64,000 nucleotides of DNA, from positions 32,001-96,000 of the IMG/VR virus record IMGVR_UViG_3300021964_000023; one strand, written 5' to 3'. Of this stretch, positions 1 to 10,014 are shown piece by piece. The notes below the pieces were generated by a model, which saw only the letters and a program-made list of their open reading frames with translations, was not told where the DNA came from and ran no database searches. This DNA is from a virus. The position numbers and the translations under genes are program-made. Numbering within the stretch: position 1 is the stretch's first letter; every line of letters starts with the position of its first letter.

Positions 1-362
1 TCAGACACAATAATACAATCAATGAAGTCATATTTTGCAAGTTTCTCGGTTGCTTGAGGTCCACCAAATTCTATAACGCAATGTGGATACTTCTCTTTTA
101 TTAACTTAGCAACATGCAGATTGTATTGTTCATTCCAAATGTATGTGCTAAATGCACAAACTACTGGATCTTCCAATCTCGCAACAAGTTCTTCTGGATT
201 CTCTCTTTTAAAAATAAAATCCTTCAAGTGATAACCACTAGCAACATCACCATACTGAAGACAATATGCCCAAAGACACCCAACACTATACGGTAACCAA
301 TACGTATCCTCTTTTCTAACTTCTACCGCATATTGCGGTTGAAACATGTATAGATTTCTCAT
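1..362 (-). CDS. B12-binding radical SAM protein, paralog 2 (N-terminal part; runs off window start; not in ORF track)
   Basis: Hand translation from ATG at 362-360: MRNLYMFQPQYAVEVRKEDTYWLPYSVGCLWAY...WNEQYNLHVAKLIKEKYPHCVIEFGGPQ, colinear with the N-terminus of 359..2164; ATGA overlap with its stop. Confidence 0.85.
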   Translation of the reverse strand, partial: MRNLYMFQPQYAVEVRKEDTYWLPYSVGCLWAYCLQYGDVASGYHLKDFIFKRENPEELVARLEDPVVCAFSTYIWNEQYNLHVAKLIKEKYPHCVIEFGGPQATEKLAKYDFIDCIIVS

Positions 363-2164
363 AATTTTACTAAAGTGTTCTTTGTCAAATCCTTACGTTT
401 AATCACAAACAAATTATATCTTTCTTCTTCTGTTCTTTCATTTTCTATAGAATATCTGGTATCTTTTTTATCCCATGTGTCCAAATCAAAAGGTAAAGTA
501 GATACACAAGGATAGTCTACATCAGGATCATACATAAATTTCTTTTGAATAGTAAACACATCATCATCAATATTTAATACTTCGTCTGCAAATTTTTTAA
601 CAAAGTCTAAAATTCTTTCTTTGTTTTCAAATTTTGATAATGTGTCATTAGGCATACCAACACCAAGTCCATGACCACTTGAATGATTCTTAGGAACCTT
701 TCCAGTTGCAAAATACTCTCGAATTGCTTTTAGATATTCTCTAAACTCAACACCTAAAAATCCAGAGTCATTTATAGTATAGTCATATAGAAGCTCATAA
801 AACTTTCTGTAACTCATTCCCAAAACATGCCTACAATATTTTGACAGTATTTGAGTATACCCAACATAATGAAATTTAATTGTTATCCATGAGAACATGT
901 GAGCATCAAAAAATTCATCTTCTGTCATTGTATCTGTTGCACGAATGAGTTCAATATATTCTTTGGTATCATCAAACTCATCATTACAAAATGAAATGTA
1001 GTCTTCTGCTTTAACAGTTTTTATACCATAAGTCTTTCTACTAAACTCACTTCCAAGTTCTGCGTTCTCAAATACTTGACAAAACCAAGAATCGACAGAA
1101 AAATGTTGTCCATTCTCCATCAATAAATCTATACCATCCTTCCAGGAATCCACAGTTTCTTCAGGCATTCCAAGAATTAAGTCTGTATATAATTTTACAT
1201 TATACTTGTTAGCAAGATCAACATGACCAGCAATATCTTTCACATGAAGATTCTTTCTTTTAATCGCTTTTAGAGTTGGCATGTTCATACTTTGAACACT
1301 CAAAGTAACTCCTCTACGAGAATATTCTCCCATAATTTGTGCTATTTCAAAAGCAGCTTCATTTGAGTTTTTGGAATATTGAAGATCAATATTGTCAAGC
1401 ATTAAACTATTCTCTGCTGCTTTGCGTAGCATTTTTGCTATTTCAATATCGCGTTCTTTAAAAATTCCAAAATTAGCATCTGAGCATAAGACATATGCAA
1501 CTCTATTTGTTCTAATCCACTCAATATCTTCAGCGACTCTCTCTAATCCAAACTTATTGATTTTACTCATTGTTGTTCCTCCCCAATCACAAAATGTGCA
1601 TCTGTGAGGACACCCTCTATTTGTTTCTAAAATTGCAGCCCATATGACATCTGGATTTTTTTCAGACAACCAATCAAAAACACCAGACTGATATGGACTT
1701 TTAAATTCTAGATCATTTAATCTTTGACGTTCATGAACTTTATCAATTTTATTTCCAGCATTAATGTCACGAAGTAATTTTAAAAATGCCTCTTCACCTT
1801 CACCCAGTATAACACAGTCAATGAATGGATTTTCATCCATCATTTTTGTAGTAACTTGCGGACCACCAAATTCAATAATACAATTTGGATATTTCTCTTT
1901 GATTAGTTTGGCAACATGCAGATTATATTGCTCATTCCACAAATAGCAGCTAAATGCACATATTACTGGATTTTCTAATCTATCTAAAAGATGTTCTGGT
2001 TTTTCTCTTTTAAAAACAATATCTTTTAGATCATAAGATTTTTTTATATCATCAAATTCTTTACAATAACTCCATAAGCAAGCAACACTATATGGCATCC
2101 AATAATTTTTAGTGTCTCTTACATTGACACTATATTGTGGCTGAATGAAGTATACGTTTTTCAT
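359..2164 (-). CDS. Cobalamin-binding (class B-type) radical SAM protein
   Basis: N-terminal B12-binding-like region (FGGPQV..D.VILGEGE), ETNRGCPHRCTFC (CxxxCxxC), DANFG. Confidence 0.85.
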   Translation of the reverse strand: MKNVYFIQPQYSVNVRDTKNYWMPYSVACLWSYCKEFDDIKKSYDLKDIVFKREKPEHLLDRLENPVICAFSCYLWNEQYNLHVAKLIKEKYPNCIIEFGGPQVTTKMMDENPFIDCVILGEGEEAFLKLLRDINAGNKIDKVHERQRLNDLEFKSPYQSGVFDWLSEKNPDVIWAAILETNRGCPHRCTFCDWGGTTMSKINKFGLERVAEDIEWIRTNRVAYVLCSDANFGIFKERDIEIAKMLRKAAENSLMLDNIDLQYSKNSNEAAFEIAQIMGEYSRRGVTLSVQSMNMPTLKAIKRKNLHVKDIAGHVDLANKYNVKLYTDLILGMPEETVDSWKDGIDLLMENGQHFSVDSWFCQVFENAELGSEFSRKTYGIKTVKAEDYISFCNDEFDDTKEYIELIRATDTMTEDEFFDAHMFSWITIKFHYVGYTQILSKYCRHVLGMSYRKFYELLYDYTINDSGFLGVEFREYLKAIREYFATGKVPKNHSSGHGLGVGMPNDTLSKFENKERILDFVKKFADEVLNIDDDVFTIQKKFMYDPDVDYPCVSTLPFDLDTWDKKDTRYSIENERTEEERYNLFVIKRKDLTKNTLVKL

Positions 2165-3033
2165 ATAAAATTTTGATGTAGAGTTTTATACTTATCCTCA
2201 AAATATTTAGAGTCCCACCTACTGATGTCTCTTTCCATCAATATATCATTATTCTTTCCATATGAAAAAAATTCATCTAGGGTAAACTTATCTCTATCAT
2301 GTGTCCACCATTCATAATATGCTTCATAGCAAAAGATAAACGTCATCATTGGATACCAACTTCCTTTATGGGATGCACCTTCAAGAAGAGGATTGCATGG
2401 AATCAAAGGTAATGAATAAGTTTTTCCACATTGGCATATGAAATAGTCAGGAGTTCCTGCAAGATCTATAAAGTGTCCGTTATCATTTATCCCAGAATCT
2501 CTATTTAAATAGTATGCATTTGCAACAGTGCCTTTAAAATTATACCCAGTACCATCAAAGAATAGTGATATTAATTTCTCAACATAACTTCTTTTCAATA
2601 AAGAAGGACCAGTTGAGTAATTAGGTTCAATTGGATGAAGATAAAATCTAACCTTATCTTCACACTCAAATCCCATTTGAAGGCAATCCCAATCATACGG
2701 GAGTCGATCAATCAAGTCCTTCCAAGTGAAGTGCCATAGATCAACAAAACTAAGGTCATAATCATCTTCCATTAAAATTACATATTCGTCTTTAGATTCA
2801 AAGTACCATTTTTTTAGAGTATCTATCAAATAACAATTGTATGCTAAACATCTAGTTGATGCTTTTTCAGAATGCCCTGGACTTAATTTATACAAAATAT
2901 CATCGTCTCTCATTACAACCATAGAATATCTCATGTTGTAATAATTGAACTGATTTTCCATGTATACATGTCTGTCTACCTTATCTGGTAGCGTAAAGCA
3001 GTATACATGCGGAATCCCATTCAAGGCAACCAT
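2161..3033 (-). CDS. GT25-like glycosyltransferase
   Basis: DRHVYMENQF, ILMEDD, LPYDWDCLQMGFE, GKTYSLPL; paralog of the 33337-37531 genes. Confidence 0.65.
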   Translation of the reverse strand: MVALNGIPHVYCFTLPDKVDRHVYMENQFNYYNMRYSMVVMRDDDILYKLSPGHSEKASTRCLAYNCYLIDTLKKWYFESKDEYVILMEDDYDLSFVDLWHFTWKDLIDRLPYDWDCLQMGFECEDKVRFYLHPIEPNYSTGPSLLKRSYVEKLISLFFDGTGYNFKGTVANAYYLNRDSGINDNGHFIDLAGTPDYFICQCGKTYSLPLIPCNPLLEGASHKGSWYPMMTFIFCYEAYYEWWTHDRDKFTLDEFFSYGKNNDILMERDISRWDSKYFEDKYKTLHQNFI

Positions 3034-3051
3034 TATAAAAATTGTTTTTTA

Positions 3052-3066
3052 TATTTATCCTAAATA
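3052..3066. promoter_or_regulatory. Back-to-back T4-type late promoter boxes
   Basis: GATAAATA on minus strand (3059-3052) and CTAAATA on plus strand (3060-3066). Confidence 0.55.
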
Positions 3067-3089
3067 ACTGAGTAATCCACATTTTAACA

Positions 3090-3251
3090 ATGGACGACAT
3101 TTTAGATATGATTATCGGTGACGAATCTCCATCGAACGTCTCTGATAAGATCAAAGATATGCTCTATGCAAAGACTTCGGAAAAGGTAGAAGCACTGAGA
3201 CCTGAGGTGTCAAACAGTATGTTTGATGATGCTGGTGAGGTTGAAGACTGA
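3090..3251 (+). CDS. Small protein upstream of gp21 (prohead-core-associated?), 53 aa
   Basis: Hand-read ORF MDDILDMIIGDESPSNVSDKIKDMLYAK...; position before gp21, late box upstream. Confidence 0.65.
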   Translation: MDDILDMIIGDESPSNVSDKIKDMLYAKTSEKVEALRPEVSNSMFDDAGEVED

Positions 3252-3256
3252 ACGCG

Positions 3257-3264
3257 GATAAATA
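3257..3264 (+). promoter_or_regulatory. Late promoter for gp21
   Basis: GATAAATA 28 nt upstream of ATG. Confidence 0.55.
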
Positions 3265-3291
3265 ACTAAATAATCGATTGCGTGTTCAGAG

Positions 3292-3945
3292 ATGAAGCTG
3301 ATTAGGGAAGAGATTGAGAAGGTTGAAGTTCTCACTGAGACCGTTAATGGTAAGAAGAACATGTTCATTAAGGGTGTGTTCCTCCAAAGTGAGATGGTCA
3401 ACCGTAACGGTAGAATGTACCCCTTTCCAATCATGGAAAGAGAAGTGAAGAGATATTCTAAGGATTATGTTGCTAAGGGCAGAGCACTTGGCGAACTGGG
3501 TCATCCTGATGGTCCAACCGTAAACCTCGATAGAGTATCCCATAAAATTACCGAACTCAAGCAGGACGGTAATAACTTTATCGGTAAAGCACAAATTCTG
3601 CATACCCCTATGGGTAAGATTGCGGAAGCACTTCTCAAAGATGGCGTAACACTCGGCGTGTCTTCTCGTGGAATTGGTTCCCTGAGAGATAACGTCAAGT
3701 CGGGTTATAAAGAAGTTGGTGAAGACTTCATGTTGGCAACTGCTGCTGACATTGTTGCTGATCCATCTGCTCCTGATGCTTTTGTTCAAGGCATCATGGA
3801 GGGTAAAGAATGGGTTTGGGATGGAGGTATCCTCCGCGAAAAACTCGCTCAACAAACACAAATGAGAATTGAAGCAGCATCTAGACAAAGGGTATTAGAA
3901 GAGAAGAAATTGGACTTGTTCAATGACTTCCTGAATAATCTTTAA
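3292..3945 (+). CDS. gp21: Prohead protease
   Basis: NRNGRMY, ALGELGHP, GVSSRGIGS, DIVADPSAPDAFV. Confidence 0.97.
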   Translation: MKLIREEIEKVEVLTETVNGKKNMFIKGVFLQSEMVNRNGRMYPFPIMEREVKRYSKDYVAKGRALGELGHPDGPTVNLDRVSHKITELKQDGNNFIGKAQILHTPMGKIAEALLKDGVTLGVSSRGIGSLRDNVKSGYKEVGEDFMLATAADIVADPSAPDAFVQGIMEGKEWVWDGGILREKLAQQTQMRIEAASRQRVLEEKKLDLFNDFLNNL

Positions 3946-3977
3946 GACGCTATATATACAGTTCAACTTTTAAAAAT

Positions 3978-3989
3978 AATAAATAAATA
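3978..3989 (+). promoter_or_regulatory. Late promoter for gp22/gp23
   Basis: Overlapping AATAAATA boxes. Confidence 0.5.
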
Positions 3990-4025
3990 TAGATTAAATT
4001 ACAAAGGTTAATCGGAGAGTCTCAA

Positions 4026-5216
4026 ATGTCTAGTGACAACAACTTACAGGAAATGGAAGCAGGCACAACTCAATCCAAGACCGCTGTCAATGCTGGTGCA
4101 AAGGCAGGCGATCCCATGCAGAAGCTTGCTCCTGGCGCAGTAGCAGGTCAAACGGGTTCGTATGAAGATCTTGGTGGTCCTACTCCAGACAACTATAAGT
4201 CCGACGACGAATCAGCTAAGCTGAAGACCCCTGGCGCAACCCTCAAGCAGGTACGCGACGTTGTAAACAAAGGCGCTAAGTCTGCGGATGCAATGAAGGG
4301 TATGAAGGAAGAGGAAGAACTCGATTCTGAAGAGGTAATCGAAGAAGACGAGGAAGTAACCGCAGAAGCAGAAGAAGTCGTATCCGAAGAAGAGGAAACC
4401 GAAGAAGAGGTTGTCTCCGAAGAGGAAGAGTCTGAAGAGGAAGTTGTCGCTGAGGCAGAAGAGATCGAAGAAGAGGAGTTTGATGTCTCTGAAGATGTCA
4501 GCGCCCTTCTTGAAGGTGAAGAGCTCTCGGAAGAATTCCAAGAAAAAGCTCGCACCATCTTTGAGGCAGCACTCCGCTCCAAGGTCGAAGAGATCAAGGA
4601 AGGAATGATTGCCGCTTATGACGAAGCATACGAGGAGCGCCTCGTAGAAGAAGTAACCGAGATTAAGTCTGCTCTGACAGAAAGAGTAGATTCTTATCTT
4701 GAGTACGTAGCTGAGGAATGGGTTACCGAAAACAGACTCGCCATTGAGAGCGGTCTGAGGGCAGAAATGTCTGAATCCTTCCTTTCTGGCATGAAGAGTC
4801 TTTTTGAAGAACATTATGTATCCATCCCTGAAGAGAAATATGATGTACTTGAGAGCATGGTAGAAAAACTTGATGAAATGGAGACAAAACTCAACGAGCA
4901 GATCGAAAAGAATATCACACTCAACTCCCGCCTCTCTGAGTCGGTTGCTGATGGTATCTTTGATGAAGTAGCTGAAGGTCTTGCCCTCAGTCAAAAAGAG
5001 AAGCTCGCCTCACTTGCCGAAAGTGTAGAGTTTGAAAGTGGCGACAAGTATCGTGAGAAACTGGAGATGCTGAAGGAGTCCTACTTCTCAGCAAAGAAAG
5101 CTCCTAAAGCGCAGACCGAGAATCTGTCTGAGGAAGTAGATATTGATGCAACAGGTCATGCACCTGATTACATGAATAGCTACCTCAGAACACTTGGTGC
5201 TGTTAGCAAGAAGTGA
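4026..5216 (+). CDS. gp22: Prohead core scaffold protein
   Basis: Acidic coiled coil, KARTIFEAA, DSYLEYVAEEW; between gp21 and gp23. Confidence 0.95.
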   Translation: MSSDNNLQEMEAGTTQSKTAVNAGAKAGDPMQKLAPGAVAGQTGSYEDLGGPTPDNYKSDDESAKLKTPGATLKQVRDVVNKGAKSADAMKGMKEEEELDSEEVIEEDEEVTAEAEEVVSEEEETEEEVVSEEEESEEEVVAEAEEIEEEEFDVSEDVSALLEGEELSEEFQEKARTIFEAALRSKVEEIKEGMIAAYDEAYEERLVEEVTEIKSALTERVDSYLEYVAEEWVTENRLAIESGLRAEMSESFLSGMKSLFEEHYVSIPEEKYDVLESMVEKLDEMETKLNEQIEKNITLNSRLSESVADGIFDEVAEGLALSQKEKLASLAESVEFESGDKYREKLEMLKESYFSAKKAPKAQTENLSEEVDIDATGHAPDYMNSYLRTLGAVSKK

Positions 5217-5257
5217 TTTTTTAATTATCAATCAAACGTAAACTAAGGTAAAAGCAA

Positions 5258-6661
5258 ATGTTCCAATCCGAGCATCTGCAGGAAAAGTGGGCACCACTTC
5301 TCGACTATGATGGTATTGATCCTATCAAGGATAACCACAGAAGAGCAGTAACCGCTGTCCTGTTAGAAAACCAAGAAAAGTTCCTCCGCGAACAACAAGC
5401 ATTCCAAGGCGGAATTCTGAACGAAACCCCAACCAACGCAGCAAACGCTGCTGGTGCTAGTGGTGGATTCGGTGGAGACGCAGCTGCAGGTGGTCCTGTT
5501 GCTGGTTTCGATCCCGTTCTGATCTCCTTGATTAGACGTGCAATGCCTAACCTGGTCGCTTATGACCTCGCAGGCGTTCAACCAATGAGCGGTCCTACTG
5601 GACTGATCTTCGCAATGCGTTCCCGCTACACCAATCAGAGCGGAACCGAAGCACTGTTCAACGAAGCAGATACTGCATTCTCTGGTCAGCCAGATGGTCT
5701 TGATCAGGCTGCAGGATTCTCTGATGGCGTTGCAGGTATGGGTACTACTGCACAAGCAGGCAGCAACCCTGGTCTTCTGAACCCTGTTGGTACTGCATCC
5801 TCCACTGGCTACAACGTTGGTCAGGGTATGGTAACTGGTGATGCTGAGAACCTGGGCAATGGCGACGGTAATCAGTTCAACGAGATGGCATTCTCCATCG
5901 AGAAGGTTCTCGTTGAAGCCAAGTCCAGAGCACTGAAGGCAGAATACAGCCTTGAGCTTGCACAGGACCTGAAGGCAATCCACGGTCTGAACGCTGAAGC
6001 GGAACTCGCAAACATTCTCTCCACTGAGATTCTTGCTGAGATCAACCGCGAAGTCATCAGAACCATCTACAAGGTTGCTGAGCAAGGTGCTGCTGCAAAC
6101 ACCGCTACCGCTGGTGTATTCGACCTCGACATCGACTCCAACGGTCGCTGGAGTGTTGAGAAGTTCAAGGGTCTGCTGTTCCAAATCGAGCGCGATGCTA
6201 ACGCAATCGCACAAAGAACTCGTAGAGGAAAGGGCAATGTAATCATGTGCTCCGCTGACGTTGCATCCGCACTGTCCATGGCTGGCGTACTCGACTACAC
6301 CCCTGCACTCAACGCTAACCTGAACGTTGATGACACTGGTAACACCTTCGCTGGTGTTCTGCTTGGTAAGTACAGAGTCTACATCGATCCTTATGCTGCA
6401 AACGTTGCTGCTCAGCAGTACTACGTTGTTGGTTATAAGGGATCCTCTCCTTACGACGCAGGTCTCTTCTACTGCCCATATGTACCCCTCCAGATGGTAC
6501 GTGCAGTTGGCGAGAACACCTTCCAGCCCAAGATCGGATTCAAGACCCGTTATGGTCTTGTTGCAAACCCCTTCGCAGAAGGAACCGAGCAAGGTCTGGG
6601 TCGCCTCAAGGTCAACCAGAACCGTTACTACAGAAGAGTTCAGATCAAGAACCTCATGTGA
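5258..6661 (+). CDS. gp23: Major capsid protein
   Basis: GVQPMSGPTGLIFAMR, SRALKAEYSLELAQDLKAIHGL, FQPKIGFKTRYG. Confidence 0.99.
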   Translation: MFQSEHLQEKWAPLLDYDGIDPIKDNHRRAVTAVLLENQEKFLREQQAFQGGILNETPTNAANAAGASGGFGGDAAAGGPVAGFDPVLISLIRRAMPNLVAYDLAGVQPMSGPTGLIFAMRSRYTNQSGTEALFNEADTAFSGQPDGLDQAAGFSDGVAGMGTTAQAGSNPGLLNPVGTASSTGYNVGQGMVTGDAENLGNGDGNQFNEMAFSIEKVLVEAKSRALKAEYSLELAQDLKAIHGLNAEAELANILSTEILAEINREVIRTIYKVAEQGAAANTATAGVFDLDIDSNGRWSVEKFKGLLFQIERDANAIAQRTRRGKGNVIMCSADVASALSMAGVLDYTPALNANLNVDDTGNTFAGVLLGKYRVYIDPYAANVAAQQYYVVGYKGSSPYDAGLFYCPYVPLQMVRAVGENTFQPKIGFKTRYGLVANPFAEGTEQGLGRLKVNQNRYYRRVQIKNLM

Positions 6662-6685
6662 TCCATCGGATTCACAATCTGTTCC

Positions 6686-6711
6686 AGAGACCCGCAAGGG
6701 TCTCTTTTTTT
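6686..6711 (+). terminator. Rho-independent terminator after gp23
   Basis: AGAGACCC-GCAA-GGGTCTCT followed by a T-run. Confidence 0.9.
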
Positions 6712-6733
6712 GTCTAAATAAAATTATCTTGGA

Positions 6734-7543
6734 ATGTTTAAGATGAAGGATGTTCTGATAACTTTTGGATGTAGTTGGACCTTTGGTCAAGGTTCTGCAT
6801 ACAAAGAAGGGATGACAGAAGATGAATACGATAAAATTTATCTTGACAAAGATTTATGTTGGGAGAATGGTTGGAGAAGACATGTTGTAGAACATTTTGA
6901 TTTTGACCATATAAACTTTGGTCTTGGTGGTAGTAGTAATGATAAGCAGTTTAGATTAGCACAAAAATTCTTTGTATCTAAAAGATTCAAAGAGATATAT
7001 CAACAAAATAGAAAGATATATGTTTTATGGGGTACAACTTCTGTTAATAGATATGATTTTTGGATCAAACAAAACTATCAGTATGAGCATATCTTTTTAA
7101 AGCATACTGATGGTCAGGATGTTCATCCAGATCTATTTGGAAGAAATTCAGAACCTATAGACCATATTGCTGCTTGTTTGACTAAATATTCTTACTATGA
7201 ACCTGCTAGAGTAAAAGAATTAGAACTTCAATTTTTACATTGGAATCAGTATTTTAAACTACTGGGTATTAAAAATTTTTGGTATGATACATTCTCTTCA
7301 TTTAATTATTCAGTAGATCTTCCAAACTTTTTTGACTTGAAGAAAAGAAGAAGAGATCTTTTATCTGTTCTCGTCAATAAGCATAGAGAAAAAGTCAAAT
7401 CAAAAATACCTATATGGCATATTGATGATTTTGTATATGCCCGTGATAATAATTTGCTGAATCCATATACATATCATCCCAAAACTGATGGATATAAGCA
7501 ACTAGGTGATCATATGATCAAAAAACTTCAGGAGCATATCTAA
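6734..7543 (+). CDS. SGNH/GDSL-like hydrolase or acyltransferase (start may be 6743)
   Basis: FGCSWTFG (block I-like), NFGLGGSSND, C-terminal HP..GY; TCTAAATA late box at 6713-6720. Confidence 0.5.
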   Translation: MFKMKDVLITFGCSWTFGQGSAYKEGMTEDEYDKIYLDKDLCWENGWRRHVVEHFDFDHINFGLGGSSNDKQFRLAQKFFVSKRFKEIYQQNRKIYVLWGTTSVNRYDFWIKQNYQYEHIFLKHTDGQDVHPDLFGRNSEPIDHIAACLTKYSYYEPARVKELELQFLHWNQYFKLLGIKNFWYDTFSSFNYSVDLPNFFDLKKRRRDLLSVLVNKHREKVKSKIPIWHIDDFVYARDNNLLNPYTYHPKTDGYKQLGDHMIKKLQEHI

Positions 7544-8115
7544 TGGCATTCCCAAACGTAGGAAACGCCTACACCAATCAGATACAAAATAGAAACTTCT
7601 TATCCTCAATTGGATTCAGATTTACTCTGAGTAGAGCAAGGAAGGTATCGTTCTTTTCTAACAAAGCAAATATTCCTGGAATTACTTTAGGTATTGCTGA
7701 ACAACCAACATATCTTAAGAACATTGATCTTCCTGGAGACAAATTACAATACTCTGATTTTACTCTAAGTTTTATTGTTGATGAGAACTTAGAGAATTAC
7801 ATGCAAATCCATAAATGGATTAGAGGACTTGGATTCCCAGAATCTCAAAATGAGATATTTGAATTACAAAGAGATGATCCAACTCAAGTTAGATATGATG
7901 GACAGGGAATGAATATCTATTCTGATGGCACTCTTGCTGTTTTGAATAGTAATCAAAGAACTGTATTTAATGTTGAGTTCACTGACATGTTCCCATATAA
8001 CTTGTCAGATCTATCTTTTGATGCTACCAATACAGACACTGAATACTTTACGGCAGAGGTCGATTTCAAGTATACTATCTACAATATAACAGATCCTGAA
8101 GGCAATAGACTATGA
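7543..8115 (+). CDS. gp3: Tail completion/tube terminator protein
   Basis: NRNFLSSIGFRF, ANIPGITLG, PGDKL, FIVDENLENY. Confidence 0.9.
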   Translation: MAFPNVGNAYTNQIQNRNFLSSIGFRFTLSRARKVSFFSNKANIPGITLGIAEQPTYLKNIDLPGDKLQYSDFTLSFIVDENLENYMQIHKWIRGLGFPESQNEIFELQRDDPTQVRYDGQGMNIYSDGTLAVLNSNQRTVFNVEFTDMFPYNLSDLSFDATNTDTEYFTAEVDFKYTIYNITDPEGNRL

Positions 8116-8546
8116 TCGATCTTGAATCTATCCAAGAGATGTGGAAGAAGGACTCTCACATCAACATGGATAACTTACATGATGAGTCAATTAAGGTCCC
8201 CGCGTTACATGCTAAATATTTCGAGATTTACAATACTGTAATTCTTCTTAAGAAAAAAGCGGAACAAACCCGCAAGAATGTCAGGCACGAACGTTACGAA
8301 TACTTCACAGGTAAAGCAGATCCTGAAGTGTACGTGGAATCACCATTCCCCAAAAAAGTAAGAGACAAAGACACTCTACAAAAATATCTTGACGCAGACG
8401 ACAAATTATCACAAATAAGTTTGAAGGTTGAATATTACGATGTCACTTTAAACTATTTGGAAAGCATTCTGAAGGTAATTCAGAACAGAACTTACCAGAT
8501 AAAGAATGCTATTGACTTCCTAAAATTCCAGGCAGGATATGGCTAA
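8112..8546 (+). CDS. uvsY: Recombination mediator UvsY
   Basis: LHAKY, YEYFTGKA, RTYQIKNAIDFLKFQAG. Confidence 0.92.
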   Translation: MIDLESIQEMWKKDSHINMDNLHDESIKVPALHAKYFEIYNTVILLKKKAEQTRKNVRHERYEYFTGKADPEVYVESPFPKKVRDKDTLQKYLDADDKLSQISLKVEYYDVTLNYLESILKVIQNRTYQIKNAIDFLKFQAGYG

Positions 8547-10011
8547 TACTCATGATCTCCTTATTCAAAAATCAAATGAAGTCTTTGTAAAGATTAAGTG
8601 CGAACCTCATATTGAGTATGAGTTAAGAGACCACTTTAAATTTGAAGTTCCTAATGCTAAGTTTATGCCCCAGTATAGGGGTAGAAATTGGAATGGTGAG
8701 ATTCATTTGTTCGATATGAGAACAAAACAATTATATGTTGGGTTATTAGATAAACTTATATCTTTTTGTGAGACTTATAAGTATTCTTACAAATTTGAAG
8801 ATAATAAATTCTATGGTATGCCATTTGAGATAAATGATGGCATATCAAAAGAAGGTGTTAAAGATTATATGAATTCAATTACCTCAATTCGTCCCAGAGA
8901 CTATCAAATTGAGGGAGTATACGATGCTCTAAGACATAACAGAAAATTACTGATATCACCGACTGCCTCAGGTAAATCATTGATGATTTATTCAGTAGTT
9001 CGGTATTACTCAGATAAAGGGAAAAAAATCCTCTTAGTTGTTCCAACGACATCGCTAGTAGAGCAGATGTATAAGGACTTTGAGGATTATGGTTGGGATG
9101 CTCAGACATATTGCCACAAGATTTATTCTGGACGTGAAAAAGTTACGGATGCTCCTGTGACAATTACTACATGGCAGTCAATTTATAAATTAGATCGATC
9201 ATTTTTTGAGGATTATGAGGTGGTCATTGGTGATGAGGCGCACCTTTTTAAAAGTAAGTCTTTAATATCTATAATGACAAAGCTTCACCATGCCAAATAT
9301 AGGTTTGGATTTACAGGAACTTTGGATGGTACACAGACTCATAAGTGGGTTTTGGAAGGATTGTTTGGACCATCTTATAAAATTATTAGAACCGCAGAAT
9401 TGATGGCACAAGGTCATCTATCTAAACTTGATATTACATGCTTGGTATTAAAGCATAATCCTCAAATATTTGCAACCTATGAAGACGAAGTTCAGTTTAT
9501 AATTACTCATGAGAAGAGGAACAACTTTATTAAGAATTTAGCACTAGATCTTAAAGGAAACACTTTAATTCTATTCTCAAGAGTAGAAGCTCATGGCAAA
9601 CCTCTATATGAGATGATTGATGCTGCAAAAAAAGGAGATAGAAGAGTCTTCTTCGTTCATGGTGGTGTAGATACTGAAGAAAGAGAACTTGTTAGAGAAA
9701 TCACTGAAAGAGAAGAGAATGCAATTATTGTTGCTTCATATGGTGTATTTTCTACAGGAATAAATATAAGAAACCTACACAACGTGGTTTTTGCTTCACC
9801 CAGTAAATCCAGAATTCGTAACTTACAATCTATCGGAAGAGTCTTGAGAAAAGGCAAGAACAAGACCAAAGCAATGTTATATGACATCTCCGATGATTGT
9901 ACACACAAGTCAAGAAGAAACTATACGTTGAATCACCTGATTGAAAGAATCAAAGTTTACAATGAAGAGAAATTTAATTATGACATTATAAACGTCAATT
10001 TAAAGGTATAA
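8539..10011 (+). CDS. uvsW: SF2 DNA helicase UvsW
   Basis: SPTASGKS, DEAH, GFTGT, QSIGRVLR. Confidence 0.97.
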   Translation: MANTHDLLIQKSNEVFVKIKCEPHIEYELRDHFKFEVPNAKFMPQYRGRNWNGEIHLFDMRTKQLYVGLLDKLISFCETYKYSYKFEDNKFYGMPFEINDGISKEGVKDYMNSITSIRPRDYQIEGVYDALRHNRKLLISPTASGKSLMIYSVVRYYSDKGKKILLVVPTTSLVEQMYKDFEDYGWDAQTYCHKIYSGREKVTDAPVTITTWQSIYKLDRSFFEDYEVVIGDEAHLFKSKSLISIMTKLHHAKYRFGFTGTLDGTQTHKWVLEGLFGPSYKIIRTAELMAQGHLSKLDITCLVLKHNPQIFATYEDEVQFIITHEKRNNFIKNLALDLKGNTLILFSRVEAHGKPLYEMIDAAKKGDRRVFFVHGGVDTEERELVREITEREENAIIVASYGVFSTGINIRNLHNVVFASPSKSRIRNLQSIGRVLRKGKNKTKAMLYDISDDCTHKSRRNYTLNHLIERIKVYNEEKFNYDIINVNLKV

Positions 10012-10014
10012 CAT

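Noticed and set aside
4300-4480. GAAGAA/VVSEEE repeats as a repeat array
   Set aside because: Low-complexity acidic coding region normal for gp22
5363-6790. 475-aa minus-strand ORF (also 3286..3888, 4193..4994, 45075..45851, 51937..52629 and similar)
   Set aside because: Antisense shadows of strongly biased plus-strand genes; no motifs or credible expression signals
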